Assembly (NCBI GenBank): GCA_963840745.1
Contig: CAWJAC010000005.1
Location: forward strand, 17,615 to 81,614
DNA from: Candidatus Zambryskiibacteriota bacterium
GTDB lineage: Bacteria > Patescibacteriota > Minisyncoccia > Phycocordibacterales > WO2-35-19
Reading direction: 5' to 3'
DNA length: 64,000 nucleotides
The notes beneath the pieces are model-generated. The model did not search any database. It saw only the letters and a program-made list of their open reading frames with translations, and was not told the DNA's origin. Positions within the stretch are counted from its first letter, which is position 1. Every line of letters begins with the position of its first letter. This document shows, in pieces, positions 1 through 8,998 of this stretch. The translations under genes were made by a program, and so were the position numbers.

Positions 1-185
1 GTGGCAGGATTCCCACAAACCAAAGTAACCCGCCAAAGCCGTGCCACTGTAAAAGGTCCACGGCTTTAACTTTTTTAGGCCCAAACAAGACCTTTGTTTT
101 TGTCTTGAATCAAAGCTATTATTTTGCTCCACTCATATAATTCCTCTATAATCTGGTTCCAATAGAATCCTAGGAAGTCCACAAA

Positions 186-1160
186 TTATCTCCTCCTTAA
201 AGTCTGAGAGACGAGATGGAAGAGAAACTCTTTGATATTGCCGCCGGCAGCTTCTAGAGATTTTATGAAAGAAGAATGGTGTGTTAGTTCGGGTAAAGTG
301 TTGACTTCCAACACAAAGAGGCCGCGCTTGGGGTGGAGAATAAAATCAGAACGGGAATAATGCCTTAAGCCCAGAGCTTTATGTATTAAAGCAGCTGCTT
401 CCTCAATTTTTATTTTTTCATCTTCTTTAAAATTGCCGGGCACTTTATATTTCGATTCCAAATCAACATATTTTGAATCGTAATCATGAAAATTTTTATT
501 TTTATTACGAGCCACTTCAACCGGCAAAAGAGTGTAAAAATCTTTGCCCCGGAAACTTTCAATCACGCCACACGTCACCTCTTTGCCGTTTATATATTCT
601 TCCACCATTAGTTTGGGGCAGTGGCTAAAAGATTTTTTTAGAGCATTTTTTATATCTCCAATTTTATTGACAAAAGAAATACCGATGGAAGAACCGGAGT
701 TGATAGGTTTTATTATAATAGGGAACGGCAGACTTTCGTTTATTTTATTTACTAAATCATTCTCATCTTTGTTTATTATTATGTGCTTAGGAGTTTTGAG
801 ACCGTAATTATTAAAAATATTTTTGGACATCACTTTATTCATACCAAGAGCCGAAGCTATTGAGTCCGAACCGGTGAAAGGAATGCCAAAACCTTCAAGA
901 AGTTTTTGGAGAGTGCCATCTTCTCCGTAACTGCCATGCAAAGCGTTTACAGCCATATCAATTGTTTTCAAAATATCGTAAGGCTCTTTTTGAATACCGC
1001 TCATGTGCCATGCACCTTCTTTGGAAATAAAAATATCCAGCGGCTCGTATTCCTCCGGCATGTTGGCAAGAATGGTGGCTCCGGTTTTGAGTGACACATC
1101 ATATTCCGGCGAAGGCCCGCCGCGCAAAACTCCCACCCTTACTTTATGAGAAAAAGACAT
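186..1160 (-). CDS. ddl: D-alanine--D-alanine ligase
   Basis: GGPSPEYDVS, LHGSYGEDG, GSSIG, DYDSKY and EVNTLP motifs of the ATP-grasp Ddl family. Confidence 0.95.
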   Translation of the reverse strand: MSFSHKVRVGVLRGGPSPEYDVSLKTGATILANMPEEYEPLDIFISKEGAWHMSGIQKEPYDILKTIDMAVNALHGSYGEDGTLQKLLEGFGIPFTGSDSIASALGMNKVMSKNIFNNYGLKTPKHIIINKDENDLVNKINESLPFPIIIKPINSGSSIGISFVNKIGDIKNALKKSFSHCPKLMVEEYINGKEVTCGVIESFRGKDFYTLLPVEVARNKNKNFHDYDSKYVDLESKYKVPGNFKEDEKIKIEEAAALIHKALGLRHYSRSDFILHPKRGLFVLEVNTLPELTHHSSFIKSLEAAGGNIKEFLFHLVSQTLRRR

Positions 1161-1205
1161 GCGTTTATTATAACACTGAGGTTGTTTTTATGGTAAAGTA
1201 AATGT

Positions 1206-2264
1206 ATGGAACTCGCGTTATACCGTAAATACAGACCGAGCAAATTTAGTGAAATAAAAGGCCAAGATCACATTGTTTCGGTTTTAGAAAATGAGGCCAA
1301 GACAGGCAAATTCGCTCATGCTTATCTTTTTTCCGGCAGCAGAGGAACGGGTAAGACAAGCGTGGCCCGCATATTTGCTAAATCTTTGGGAGTAAATGCC
1401 GAGGATATTTACGAAATAGACGCCGCTTCAAACCGCGGCATAGATGAAATAAGGGCCATCAGGGACGCAGTGCACACTTACCCTTACTCTTCAAAATACA
1501 AAGTTTATATAGTAGACGAAGTACACATGCTCACCAAAGAGGCCTGGAATGCCTTCCTCAAAACTTTGGAAGAGCCGCCCGAGCACGTCATCTTCATAAT
1601 GGCCACTACTGAGCAACATAAATTGCTCGACACTGTCATCTCCCGCTGTGAATGCTTTGCTTTCAAAAAGCCAGCTCACAGTGTTTTGGTTGAATCCATT
1701 CTCAAAATTGCCAAAGAAGAAAAATATGAAATAGAAAAAAAATCGGCATCTCTTATTGCAACACTTGCCGACGGTTCTTTTCGAGATGCTTTTTCCATTT
1801 TGCAAAAAGCCATGCATTCATCAGCCGCCTCCGCTCCCGCTTCGGCGAGCCAAAGCAAAAAACTTTCACATGAGGAAATTGAAAAAGTTTTGGGCGCACC
1901 CAAAGAATCTTTGGTTTTGGAAGTATTAGAAGGGGTGGCAGAGCAGAATACAGAAAAGGGGATCGAGGCAGTGCGCAAAGCAAGTGAGGAAAATGCTGAT
2001 ATGCAGGTTTTTTTGAAAATGATTTTGCGTTCACTGCGTTTTGTTTTGCTTCTCCGCTTCGCTCCCGATATGAAAAATTTAGTGACAGGCGAGACGGGTG
2101 AAGAAGAATTTGAAAAGCTCTCTACACTTGCTAAAACCGCCAAAAATATTAACTCCAAAACTTTGCTCGCATTTCTTGAAGCCTACTCACGCCAAACTTA
2201 CGCTTCCATCCCCGAGCTTCCCATTGAACTTGCTATTATCGATTCCTGCGGCGGAGAAAAATAA
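1206..2264 (+). CDS. dnaX: DNA polymerase III subunit gamma/tau (short form)
   Basis: LYRKYRP, Walker A GSRGTGKT, EIDAASNRG, DEVHML, KTLEEPP, SRC. Confidence 0.96.
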   Translation: MELALYRKYRPSKFSEIKGQDHIVSVLENEAKTGKFAHAYLFSGSRGTGKTSVARIFAKSLGVNAEDIYEIDAASNRGIDEIRAIRDAVHTYPYSSKYKVYIVDEVHMLTKEAWNAFLKTLEEPPEHVIFIMATTEQHKLLDTVISRCECFAFKKPAHSVLVESILKIAKEEKYEIEKKSASLIATLADGSFRDAFSILQKAMHSSAASAPASASQSKKLSHEEIEKVLGAPKESLVLEVLEGVAEQNTEKGIEAVRKASEENADMQVFLKMILRSLRFVLLLRFAPDMKNLVTGETGEEEFEKLSTLAKTAKNINSKTLLAFLEAYSRQTYASIPELPIELAIIDSCGGEK

Positions 2265-2277
2265 CTTTTTAAAAATT

Positions 2278-2664
2278 ATGCGAAAAGATTTTGATAATTG
2301 GAATAAAAAGAAAAAGACAATTCACAATAATGGTGAAAATAAGCTTTACCATACAAGGGAATTATGGTGGTGTTCATTGGGGGTAAATATTGGATCAGAA
2401 CAAGATGGTTCTGGGGAGAAATATGATCGCCCAGTTTTGATTCTAAAAGGGTTGAGTAAACAAACTTGCATTGTTTTACCACTCACATCTTCGGGAGAAT
2501 TACATAAAATGAGGATTCCAATAGGAGAAGTTCAGGGCGAAAAAGCGTCAGTAATAATTTCCCAAATACGAACTGTGGATACGAAGAGGTTGATATACAA
2601 GATAGGATTTTTAGACAAAGATATCTTTATCGAAATAACAAAAACCATCAAGAGTTTATTTTGA
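2278..2664 (+). CDS. PemK/MazF-family endoribonuclease toxin (orphan)
   Basis: ATG at 2278 (MRKDFDNWN...); WWCSLGVNIGSEQDG, RPVLIL, PLTS and SQIRTVDTKRL match the PemK/MazF pattern; no antitoxin ORF adjacent. Confidence 0.85.
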   Translation: MRKDFDNWNKKKKTIHNNGENKLYHTRELWWCSLGVNIGSEQDGSGEKYDRPVLILKGLSKQTCIVLPLTSSGELHKMRIPIGEVQGEKASVIISQIRTVDTKRLIYKIGFLDKDIFIEITKTIKSLF

Positions 2665-2715
2665 TGGTTTTCGTCTTTTTGCCCCCTTGCGGAGGCGAGC
2701 CCGAAGGCACTTGTA
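2633..2715 (-). ncRNA. candidate antisense small RNA convergent with the PemK-like toxin
   Basis: Minus strand: GCC-TTCG-GGC (2699-2708), GCCTCC-GCAA-GGGGGC (2681-2696), then a perfect 11-bp stem (2641-2651/2661-2671) running into a T-rich tail; lies downstream of a minus-strand promoter. Confidence 0.55.
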
Positions 2716-2720
2716 CAGAT

Positions 2721-2748
2721 AGTATAGCAAATCCAAAATAAAAGTCAA
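2721..2748 (-). promoter_or_regulatory. sigma70-type promoter pointing toward the toxin 3' end
   Basis: Minus strand TTGACT-N16-TATACT with an extended -10 TG. Confidence 0.7.
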
Positions 2749-2787
2749 GAGGTCTGTGGATATGAATTGAGTATTAAAAAATAAATT

Positions 2788-3294
2788 ATGAATAACGAAA
2801 AAATTATAGTCATTCCCGGAGCGTTTCAATACGCAAAAAATTATGGCAATTATGATGGTCTTGATATTTGGCTAAAGGGAAAATTAGAAGAGGAAAAAAT
2901 TAAAAATGCAGATTTCGTTGTGGCTCATAGTTTAGGGACAAATTATGTTTTTTCTTTTCCTGTTTCCAACAATCAAAAATTTATTTTAGTAAACCCATCA
3001 ATCAAGAAAAGAGGATTTGTGAACCTTGTTATGAGAGATTTTAGATATCTTCTTTCAAAAATAGATAGTGTAAAGATGGGCAAGATTGTTCCTGTCTTAC
3101 ATTGGCCATCTGCATTTTATAAAGCATATAAACTTTCTAAAATTGATATTCTCTCGGTTCTTAAAAAAATTCCTAAAGAAAATATTTTTATAATAAGAGG
3201 CAAAAGAGACAGATTCTTTTGCGATGATGAAGTTGTCAATCTTATAAAAAAAGAAAATTTGCCATTGATTGAAGTTGATGCTGGACATGATTAG
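2788..3294 (+). CDS. small alpha/beta-hydrolase-fold protein, possibly truncated by TAG (frame stays open to 3345)
   Basis: IPG, VAHSLG nucleophile elbow, RGKRD and terminal AGHD. Confidence 0.6.
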   Translation: MNNEKIIVIPGAFQYAKNYGNYDGLDIWLKGKLEEEKIKNADFVVAHSLGTNYVFSFPVSNNQKFILVNPSIKKRGFVNLVMRDFRYLLSKIDSVKMGKIVPVLHWPSAFYKAYKLSKIDILSVLKKIPKENIFIIRGKRDRFFCDDEVVNLIKKENLPLIEVDAGHD

Positions 3295-3334
3295 AACCAA
3301 AATATAGCTGAGGCTGTCAATAAAATAATTTCAA

Positions 3335-3841
3335 ATGAATCCTAAAATATCAAAAAATAACTATTCCAAAATTGAAAAAGTTTTGTACCAGATTTTTGAG
3401 TTTGGAATTCTTATAAAATTTTTTAACAGTGTCTGGGAAATAACAAGCGGACTGCTTATTTTGTATTTCGGCAAAGAAGCGATAACTAAGGTGTTTTATT
3501 TTTTGGCCGGCAGTGAGCTTTTGGAAAATCCGCGTGATTTCATTATTAATATTTCATTTGGATTTCTACAGAATTTATCACATAGCACTCAAATTTTTAT
3601 CGTTATCTATCTCTTAGTTCACGGTTTTATGAATTTGTTTTTAGCTATACAACTTTATAGAGACAAAATTTGGGCTTATTTGGCTACCATTATTATTATG
3701 GTTGTTTTTATGTTTTATCAAATACATCGTATTATTCTCTATCACTCACCGATTTTAATCGTCATTACTATTTTTGATATTTTATTTATTATCCTCACCT
3801 GGCACGAATATAACCGCAAGAAACTTATGAGAATGTTATAA
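3335..3841 (+). CDS. DUF2127-like integral membrane protein
   Basis: Several hydrophobic helices; GILIK...E..SG, YLLVHG, WAY and WHEY pattern. Confidence 0.65.
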   Translation: MNPKISKNNYSKIEKVLYQIFEFGILIKFFNSVWEITSGLLILYFGKEAITKVFYFLAGSELLENPRDFIINISFGFLQNLSHSTQIFIVIYLLVHGFMNLFLAIQLYRDKIWAYLATIIIMVVFMFYQIHRIILYHSPILIVITIFDILFIILTWHEYNRKKLMRML

Positions 3842-3848
3842 TATTTCC

Positions 3849-4439
3849 ATGCAACAATGGCTCATTTCAATATACGCGGCACACCATTATGAAATTTACG
3901 CTCTCATAATGATAATCGGCCTTTTTGAAGGACCTTTTATATCCATGGTTTGCGGAGCTATTCTGGCTTTAGGATATCTGAGTTTTTGGCCGGTTTATAT
4001 CGTGCTTATGCTTGGCGATTTAATTGGTGATGTCATTTTGTATTTCTTGGGCTATCGCTTTGGCGAAAAATTCATAAAAAGGTTTGGGAAATATTTCAAA
4101 ATCACCGAAGACCACATTTTAAATGTCAAAAATCTTTTTCATAGGCATAAAAATCCTCTGCTTTTTCTCTCCAAAATAACCAATGGTATGGGTTTTGCTG
4201 TTGCCGTTCTCTTCACAGCGGGCATGTCAAGGATTCCGTTTGGCAGATTTATGAGTATTAATGTTATTGGCCAGCTTATCTGGTCCGGAGGACTCATTGC
4301 TGTAGGATTCCTTTTTGGTGATTTGTACTTGAGCATAAACAGTGTGGCTGGCAAAATATCTATCTTGCTGCTGTTTGTGGTTGTTATTTTTGCCGTCAAC
4401 AGATATATTAAATATTTGCAAGAAAGAATAAATTCATAA
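3849..4439 (+). CDS. DedA/VTT family membrane protein
   Basis: EGP, GDLIGDVILYFLG and AGMSRIPFGRF DedA motifs. Confidence 0.85.
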   Translation: MQQWLISIYAAHHYEIYALIMIIGLFEGPFISMVCGAILALGYLSFWPVYIVLMLGDLIGDVILYFLGYRFGEKFIKRFGKYFKITEDHILNVKNLFHRHKNPLLFLSKITNGMGFAVAVLFTAGMSRIPFGRFMSINVIGQLIWSGGLIAVGFLFGDLYLSINSVAGKISILLLFVVVIFAVNRYIKYLQERINS

Positions 4440-4441
4440 TC

Positions 4442-5167
4442 ATGAAAATAAGTATTGTTATACCGGTATGTAATGAAGAGAAAGATATTGAGAGACTAAT
4501 AGATTGTCTTTTGAATTTGTCCATAGAGAAAGAGATTATCGTTACTGACGATGCCAGTACCGACAAAACCCTGCAGGTGCTTGAAAAATATCAAGACAAA
4601 ATAAGGATACTTACCCATGAACACAGAAACAAATCCATTGCAGCAAACAGAAATGCCGGCGCCAAATACGCAAGCGGTGAATTTTTGGTTTTTATGGACG
4701 GCACCACTTACCTCAAAAATCCAAATGATTTTTTCAGTCGAGCTCTGGCAATATTTGAAAAAGATAAAGATTTGGTCGCTGTAACAGGTAAATTAAAGGT
4801 ACTGCCAGAGTTTGAGACAGTGGCTGATAAGATAATGCATTTTATTTTCAATTTCACGGTAATGATCAAGGATAATTATCTCGGGTTAACCGAAGCTTCT
4901 GGCAAATTTGAAATGATTAGAAGACTGGCCTTTGAAAAAGTGGGTGGCTTTGACGAAAAATTAATCACCAGAGAAGACGCCGATATGTTCTGGAGATTAT
5001 CCAAAATCGGCAAGACCAGATATGCGAGAGAATTGGAGGTTCTTTACACCGGCCGCAGAGCCCATATTTTGGGTTGGCCAAGACTGCTTTTTATATGGAT
5101 GACAGAAACTCTCTGGGTGATGGTATTTGGCAGAGCCAGGACAAAAGTATGGACGGTCGTAAGATAA
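4442..5167 (+). CDS. glycosyltransferase family 2
   Basis: ISIVIP..NEE, DDASTD, RNAGA, GGFDE, ED. Confidence 0.9.
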   Translation: MKISIVIPVCNEEKDIERLIDCLLNLSIEKEIIVTDDASTDKTLQVLEKYQDKIRILTHEHRNKSIAANRNAGAKYASGEFLVFMDGTTYLKNPNDFFSRALAIFEKDKDLVAVTGKLKVLPEFETVADKIMHFIFNFTVMIKDNYLGLTEASGKFEMIRRLAFEKVGGFDEKLITREDADMFWRLSKIGKTRYARELEVLYTGRRAHILGWPRLLFIWMTETLWVMVFGRARTKVWTVVR

Positions 5168-5173
5168 TAAAAT

Positions 5174-5893
5174 ATGAAAATAAGTTTGGTCATACCAAGT
5201 TTCAATGAGGAAAAATATATAGGCGAATGTCTGAAAAATGCCCTGCAAAATGGCAAGGAACTTTTTGAGATAATAGTGGTTAATAATGCCAGCACCGATA
5301 ATACTGAAAGTGTAGCTAAATTTTTTTCAAATAATTATTCAAATATAAAAATCGTAAATGAGCCGAGAAAAGGCTTAACTAAGGCCCGCCAAAGAGGACT
5401 GCTAGAAGCGAGAGGGAATATAATCGCTTACACTGATGCTGATACTAAAATGCCAAACGATTGGGTAAAAAAAATTAACAAATATTTTGAAAAAGATGGA
5501 AAAACGGTGTGTGTCAGCGGGCCTTATATTTATTATGATCAATCATTTATTGGAAAAATATTGGTCTGGATTTATTGGCTTTTCGCTTATATAATGTATT
5601 TCTTGGTAGGATATATGGCGGTTGGAGGAAATTTTGCCGTGAGGAAAGAGGCTCTTCTGAAAATCGGCGGGTTTGACCAAAATATAAGTTTCTACGGAGA
5701 AGACACCGATATAGCCAGAAGGCTGTCCAAGGTCGGCAAAGTCAAATTCTTCCTGAATCTATATATGTACACTTCTGCCAGGCGTTTAAAGAATGAGGGA
5801 ATGGTAAAAATGACAATAAAATATCTGATTAATTTTATTTCTGAAGTATTTTTTAAAAAACCCATTACGGACGAATATAAAGACATAAGATAA
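5174..5893 (+). CDS. glycosyltransferase family 2
   Basis: ISLVIPSFNEE, NNASTD, DAD, GGFD, GEDTD, TSARR. Confidence 0.9.
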   Translation: MKISLVIPSFNEEKYIGECLKNALQNGKELFEIIVVNNASTDNTESVAKFFSNNYSNIKIVNEPRKGLTKARQRGLLEARGNIIAYTDADTKMPNDWVKKINKYFEKDGKTVCVSGPYIYYDQSFIGKILVWIYWLFAYIMYFLVGYMAVGGNFAVRKEALLKIGGFDQNISFYGEDTDIARRLSKVGKVKFFLNLYMYTSARRLKNEGMVKMTIKYLINFISEVFFKKPITDEYKDIR

Positions 5894-6531
5894 TGGAAAA
5901 AATCAAAGCAAAATATAAGATCCATTTTGGCAGCAGAGATTTTTTGATATCTTTGTTGGTTTCTTTTTTTATACTTGGTGTGGCATTGGTGGCCAATCAT
6001 TATGCCGGTATTTACGTCACAGAAAAAGCCAGCAACCCGGTCACGGATATAGTCTTGGACAATACAAGAGTTTATGATGTAGATGCCATTTTTGTTTACG
6101 GGCCGGTTCTTATGTGGATATTTGTCGCCGGTTTGCTTGCTATCCATCCACAACGTATTCCTTTCCTTATAAAAAGTACCGGTCTGTTTTACCTGATCCG
6201 TTCTGTTTTTATAAGCCTTACTCACATAGCTCCGCCCGCAATGCATGCTGTTATACCATCAACCGGATTATTTGGTTATCTTGGTTCGGGAGCCGACTTG
6301 TTTTTTTCTGCGCATACGGGCTTTCCATTTTTGCTAGCTCTTATGTTTTGGGAAAATAAGAGTTTACGTATTTTCTTTATTATTCTTTCTTTGGTTTTTG
6401 GGGTTGTGGTTTTGCTTGGGCATTTACACTATTCCATCGACGTGTTGTCCGCCTTCTTTATTTCATACGGCATTTACCGCATAACCGAAATAATTTTTCC
6501 AAAAGACAGGGAGAGATTCCTATCCGCATAA
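5893..6531 (+). CDS. PAP2-superfamily / sphingomyelin-synthase-like membrane phosphotransferase
   Basis: DLFFSAHT and HLHYSIDV resemble the SMS/PAP2_C catalytic motifs; about 6 TM helices. Confidence 0.75.
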   Translation: MEKIKAKYKIHFGSRDFLISLLVSFFILGVALVANHYAGIYVTEKASNPVTDIVLDNTRVYDVDAIFVYGPVLMWIFVAGLLAIHPQRIPFLIKSTGLFYLIRSVFISLTHIAPPAMHAVIPSTGLFGYLGSGADLFFSAHTGFPFLLALMFWENKSLRIFFIILSLVFGVVVLLGHLHYSIDVLSAFFISYGIYRITEIIFPKDRERFLSA

Positions 6532-6551
6532 TAATCGGATAACAATAAAAA

Positions 6552-8402
6552 ATGCGACTTATAATAAAAACAGCTAAATTTGATATCGTTCTTTCTTTAT
6601 TGATAGTTCTAGCTATAGCGCTACATTTCAGCGGTTTTGGAAAAACTCAAATAGCTTCTTATTTTTTGATCGCCATCGCCATAATCGGCACGTTGCCGGT
6701 CGCAATAAGTGCTGTCCGCCAGATATTTAAAAAAGAAATTTCAATGGACCTTCTGGCTTCTGTTGCTTTAATTTTTTCTCTTTTAAGTGCAGAGTGGGTG
6801 GGAGCTTCATTTATCGCCCTTATGATAACCGCCGCCCGCATTTTAAAATCAGTCACTGAGAGTCAGACAGAAAGAAGCATAAAAAGCCTTTTCAAATTAC
6901 GCCCTAAAAAAGCCAGAGTAATAAAAAATAATGATATTGAAGAAATACCCATAGAAAAATTAAAAATGGGAGATGTTGTGATAGTTGATTTGGGAGACAG
7001 AGTGCCGGTAGACGGGAAGGTGGTTTCGGGCACTTTTAGTATTGACGAATCGTCTCTCACCGGAGAATCCATGCCAGTCGATAAAAATACTGGCGACAAA
7101 GTTTTCAGCTCTACTATTGTTGTTTCCGGAAGCGGTCATATTTTGGTGGAAAAAATAGGCAGCAATACCACTTTGGAAAAAATTATATCTCTGCTTGAGT
7201 CTTCTGGAAAATTCAAGCCGCGCTTCCAAACCATTGGAGAAAAATTCGGCAAGATTTATTTAATGGGAATTTTTATAGTTTCTTTCCTGTCCCTTTATAT
7301 TACCCACAACACTAGTCTAGTTTTATCAATTTTGCTTGTCATTTGCGCCGATGACGTGGCCGTGGCAGTGCCGCTGGCTTATCTTTCGGCCACTAGACGA
7401 GCCGCCAAAATTGGCACCATTATAAAAGGCAGCAGTTACTTGGAAGCTTTGGGAAAAGTTGATACGGTTGTTTTTGACAAAACCGGAACCTTGACCAAAG
7501 GTCATTTGCAGGTAAGCGAAATAAAATCTTTTTCACAATATAGTGACAAGGAATTGCTTTCTTTTTGCGGTTCTCTCATGGAACAATCCAGCCACCCCGT
7601 TTCCAAAACAATTTTTAATTATGCTAAAGATCAAAAAGTTCATTTGGAATTGGTGGAAAACGTAGAGGAGATCGGCGGCATGGGATTAACTGGCAAATTT
7701 GAAAACAAACAGATTCTTTTTGGCCGAAAAGCTTTTTTAGTATCACGTAAAATAGATATTAGCGAAGAAGCTTCGGCAGAAATATCACGTCTTGAAAATG
7801 ACGGCAAGAGCAATTCTTTCGTGGTGGTAGACGGTAAGCTCGCCGGCATTATAGCCCTGACAGATGAAGTGCGTGAGGAAGCCAAAGAAGCCATTAGCCG
7901 CATAAAAAAACTGGGCATTAAAAAAGTTGTGATGCTTACCGGCGATAATGAAAAAGTGGCCGGAAGGATCGCCAGAGAAGTTGGCATAACCGAATTTCAT
8001 GCCAACCTTTTCCCCGAACAAAAAGTTGCTTACATTAAAAAATATATCGATGCCAAAGAAAATGTGGCCATGGTGGGGGATGGGGTCAATGACGCCGCGG
8101 CAATGCGCATAGCCACCGTCGGCATTGCTATGGGAGCCATCGGTTATGACACCGCCATCGAATCGGCCGACATAGTGCTTATGAGAGATGACATTTCAAA
8201 AATTGCCGAGGTTATGAAATTGGCCAGATTTACCGAACATGTATCTATCCAGGATTTTTGGATTTGGGGATTTTCCAATGTCTTGGGTCTTTCCCTCGTC
8301 TTTATCGGTGCGGTTGGCCCGACCGGCGCCGCCGCTTACAATTTCCTGACCGACTTTTTCCCTCTCTTTAATTCCCTAAGAGCCGGTAAAACTAGACAAT
8401 AA
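6552..8402 (+). CDS. P1B-type P-type ATPase with an atypical metal-site motif
   Basis: SLTGES, DKTGTLT, HP, MLTGD, GDGVND; the TM motif reads CADD instead of CPC. Confidence 0.92.
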   Translation: MRLIIKTAKFDIVLSLLIVLAIALHFSGFGKTQIASYFLIAIAIIGTLPVAISAVRQIFKKEISMDLLASVALIFSLLSAEWVGASFIALMITAARILKSVTESQTERSIKSLFKLRPKKARVIKNNDIEEIPIEKLKMGDVVIVDLGDRVPVDGKVVSGTFSIDESSLTGESMPVDKNTGDKVFSSTIVVSGSGHILVEKIGSNTTLEKIISLLESSGKFKPRFQTIGEKFGKIYLMGIFIVSFLSLYITHNTSLVLSILLVICADDVAVAVPLAYLSATRRAAKIGTIIKGSSYLEALGKVDTVVFDKTGTLTKGHLQVSEIKSFSQYSDKELLSFCGSLMEQSSHPVSKTIFNYAKDQKVHLELVENVEEIGGMGLTGKFENKQILFGRKAFLVSRKIDISEEASAEISRLENDGKSNSFVVVDGKLAGIIALTDEVREEAKEAISRIKKLGIKKVVMLTGDNEKVAGRIAREVGITEFHANLFPEQKVAYIKKYIDAKENVAMVGDGVNDAAAMRIATVGIAMGAIGYDTAIESADIVLMRDDISKIAEVMKLARFTEHVSIQDFWIWGFSNVLGLSLVFIGAVGPTGAAAYNFLTDFFPLFNSLRAGKTRQ

Positions 8403-8403
8403 A

Positions 8404-8998
8404 ATGGAAGATAAAATATTACAAAATAAAACAGATAAGACTGACCAGGAATTCGTCAAAGTGGCCCTTAAGGACCGGCATGCTTTTTCGGAAATTGTGC
8501 ATCGCTATGAAGCAGCTATCCGCCGCTATGTGAAGCGTCTCGGCTGTAAAAATGAGAACGACGTAGATGATGTTTTGCAAGAAATTTTCATAAAAGTATT
8601 CATTAATCTCAATGACTATGATCCAAATCTGAAGTTTTCTTCATGGCTCTATCGCATTGCTCACAACGAAACCATCTCTTTTTTTAGAAAGAGAAATGTT
8701 CAGCCCAAACGTATTAGACATTGAAGATATCGAAGGATTTTTTGAAAATTTGGTTGACGATACCGATTTTACAGAACTTGCCAAAGAGCGGTATGACGCT
8801 AAAATTGTGCAGGAAGTCCTTTCTACTCTTAATCAAAAGTACAATGAAATACTTGTACTCCGCTTTCTTGAAGAAAAAAGTTATACTGAAATAAGCGACA
8901 TTTTGAAAATACCGGAAGGCACCGTGGCCACGCTCATCAGTCGGGGCAAAAAAGAATTAAAAATCGCATTGGAAGAGAGGGGTATTAAAAATATATGA
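8404..8998 (+). pseudogene. ECF sigma-70 factor split by one extra base near 8706 (pseudogene or assembly error)
   Basis: Region 2 (DVLQEIFIK, FSSWLYRIAHN) in 8404-8724; region 4 (SYTEISDIL..PEGTV...SRG) in the next frame to 8998. Confidence 0.85.

Noticed and set aside
1-110. Hairpins at the window edge (AAAGCCGTG/CACGGCTTT, CAAGAC/GTCTTG) as a possible ncRNA or riboswitch
   Set aside because: Truncated by the window and no recognisable family; a terminator explains it adequately.
2098-2277. N-terminal extensions in the ORF track (2098, 27415, 39052, 49315, 51604, 53229, 30497)
   Set aside because: They overlap neighbouring genes or promoters; downstream ATGs fit family starts and spacing better.
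3292-3294. Alternative genetic code or stop-codon reassignment
   Set aside because: TGA, TAG and TAA all end well-conserved genes at the expected positions (typA TGA, leuS and rpsI TAG).
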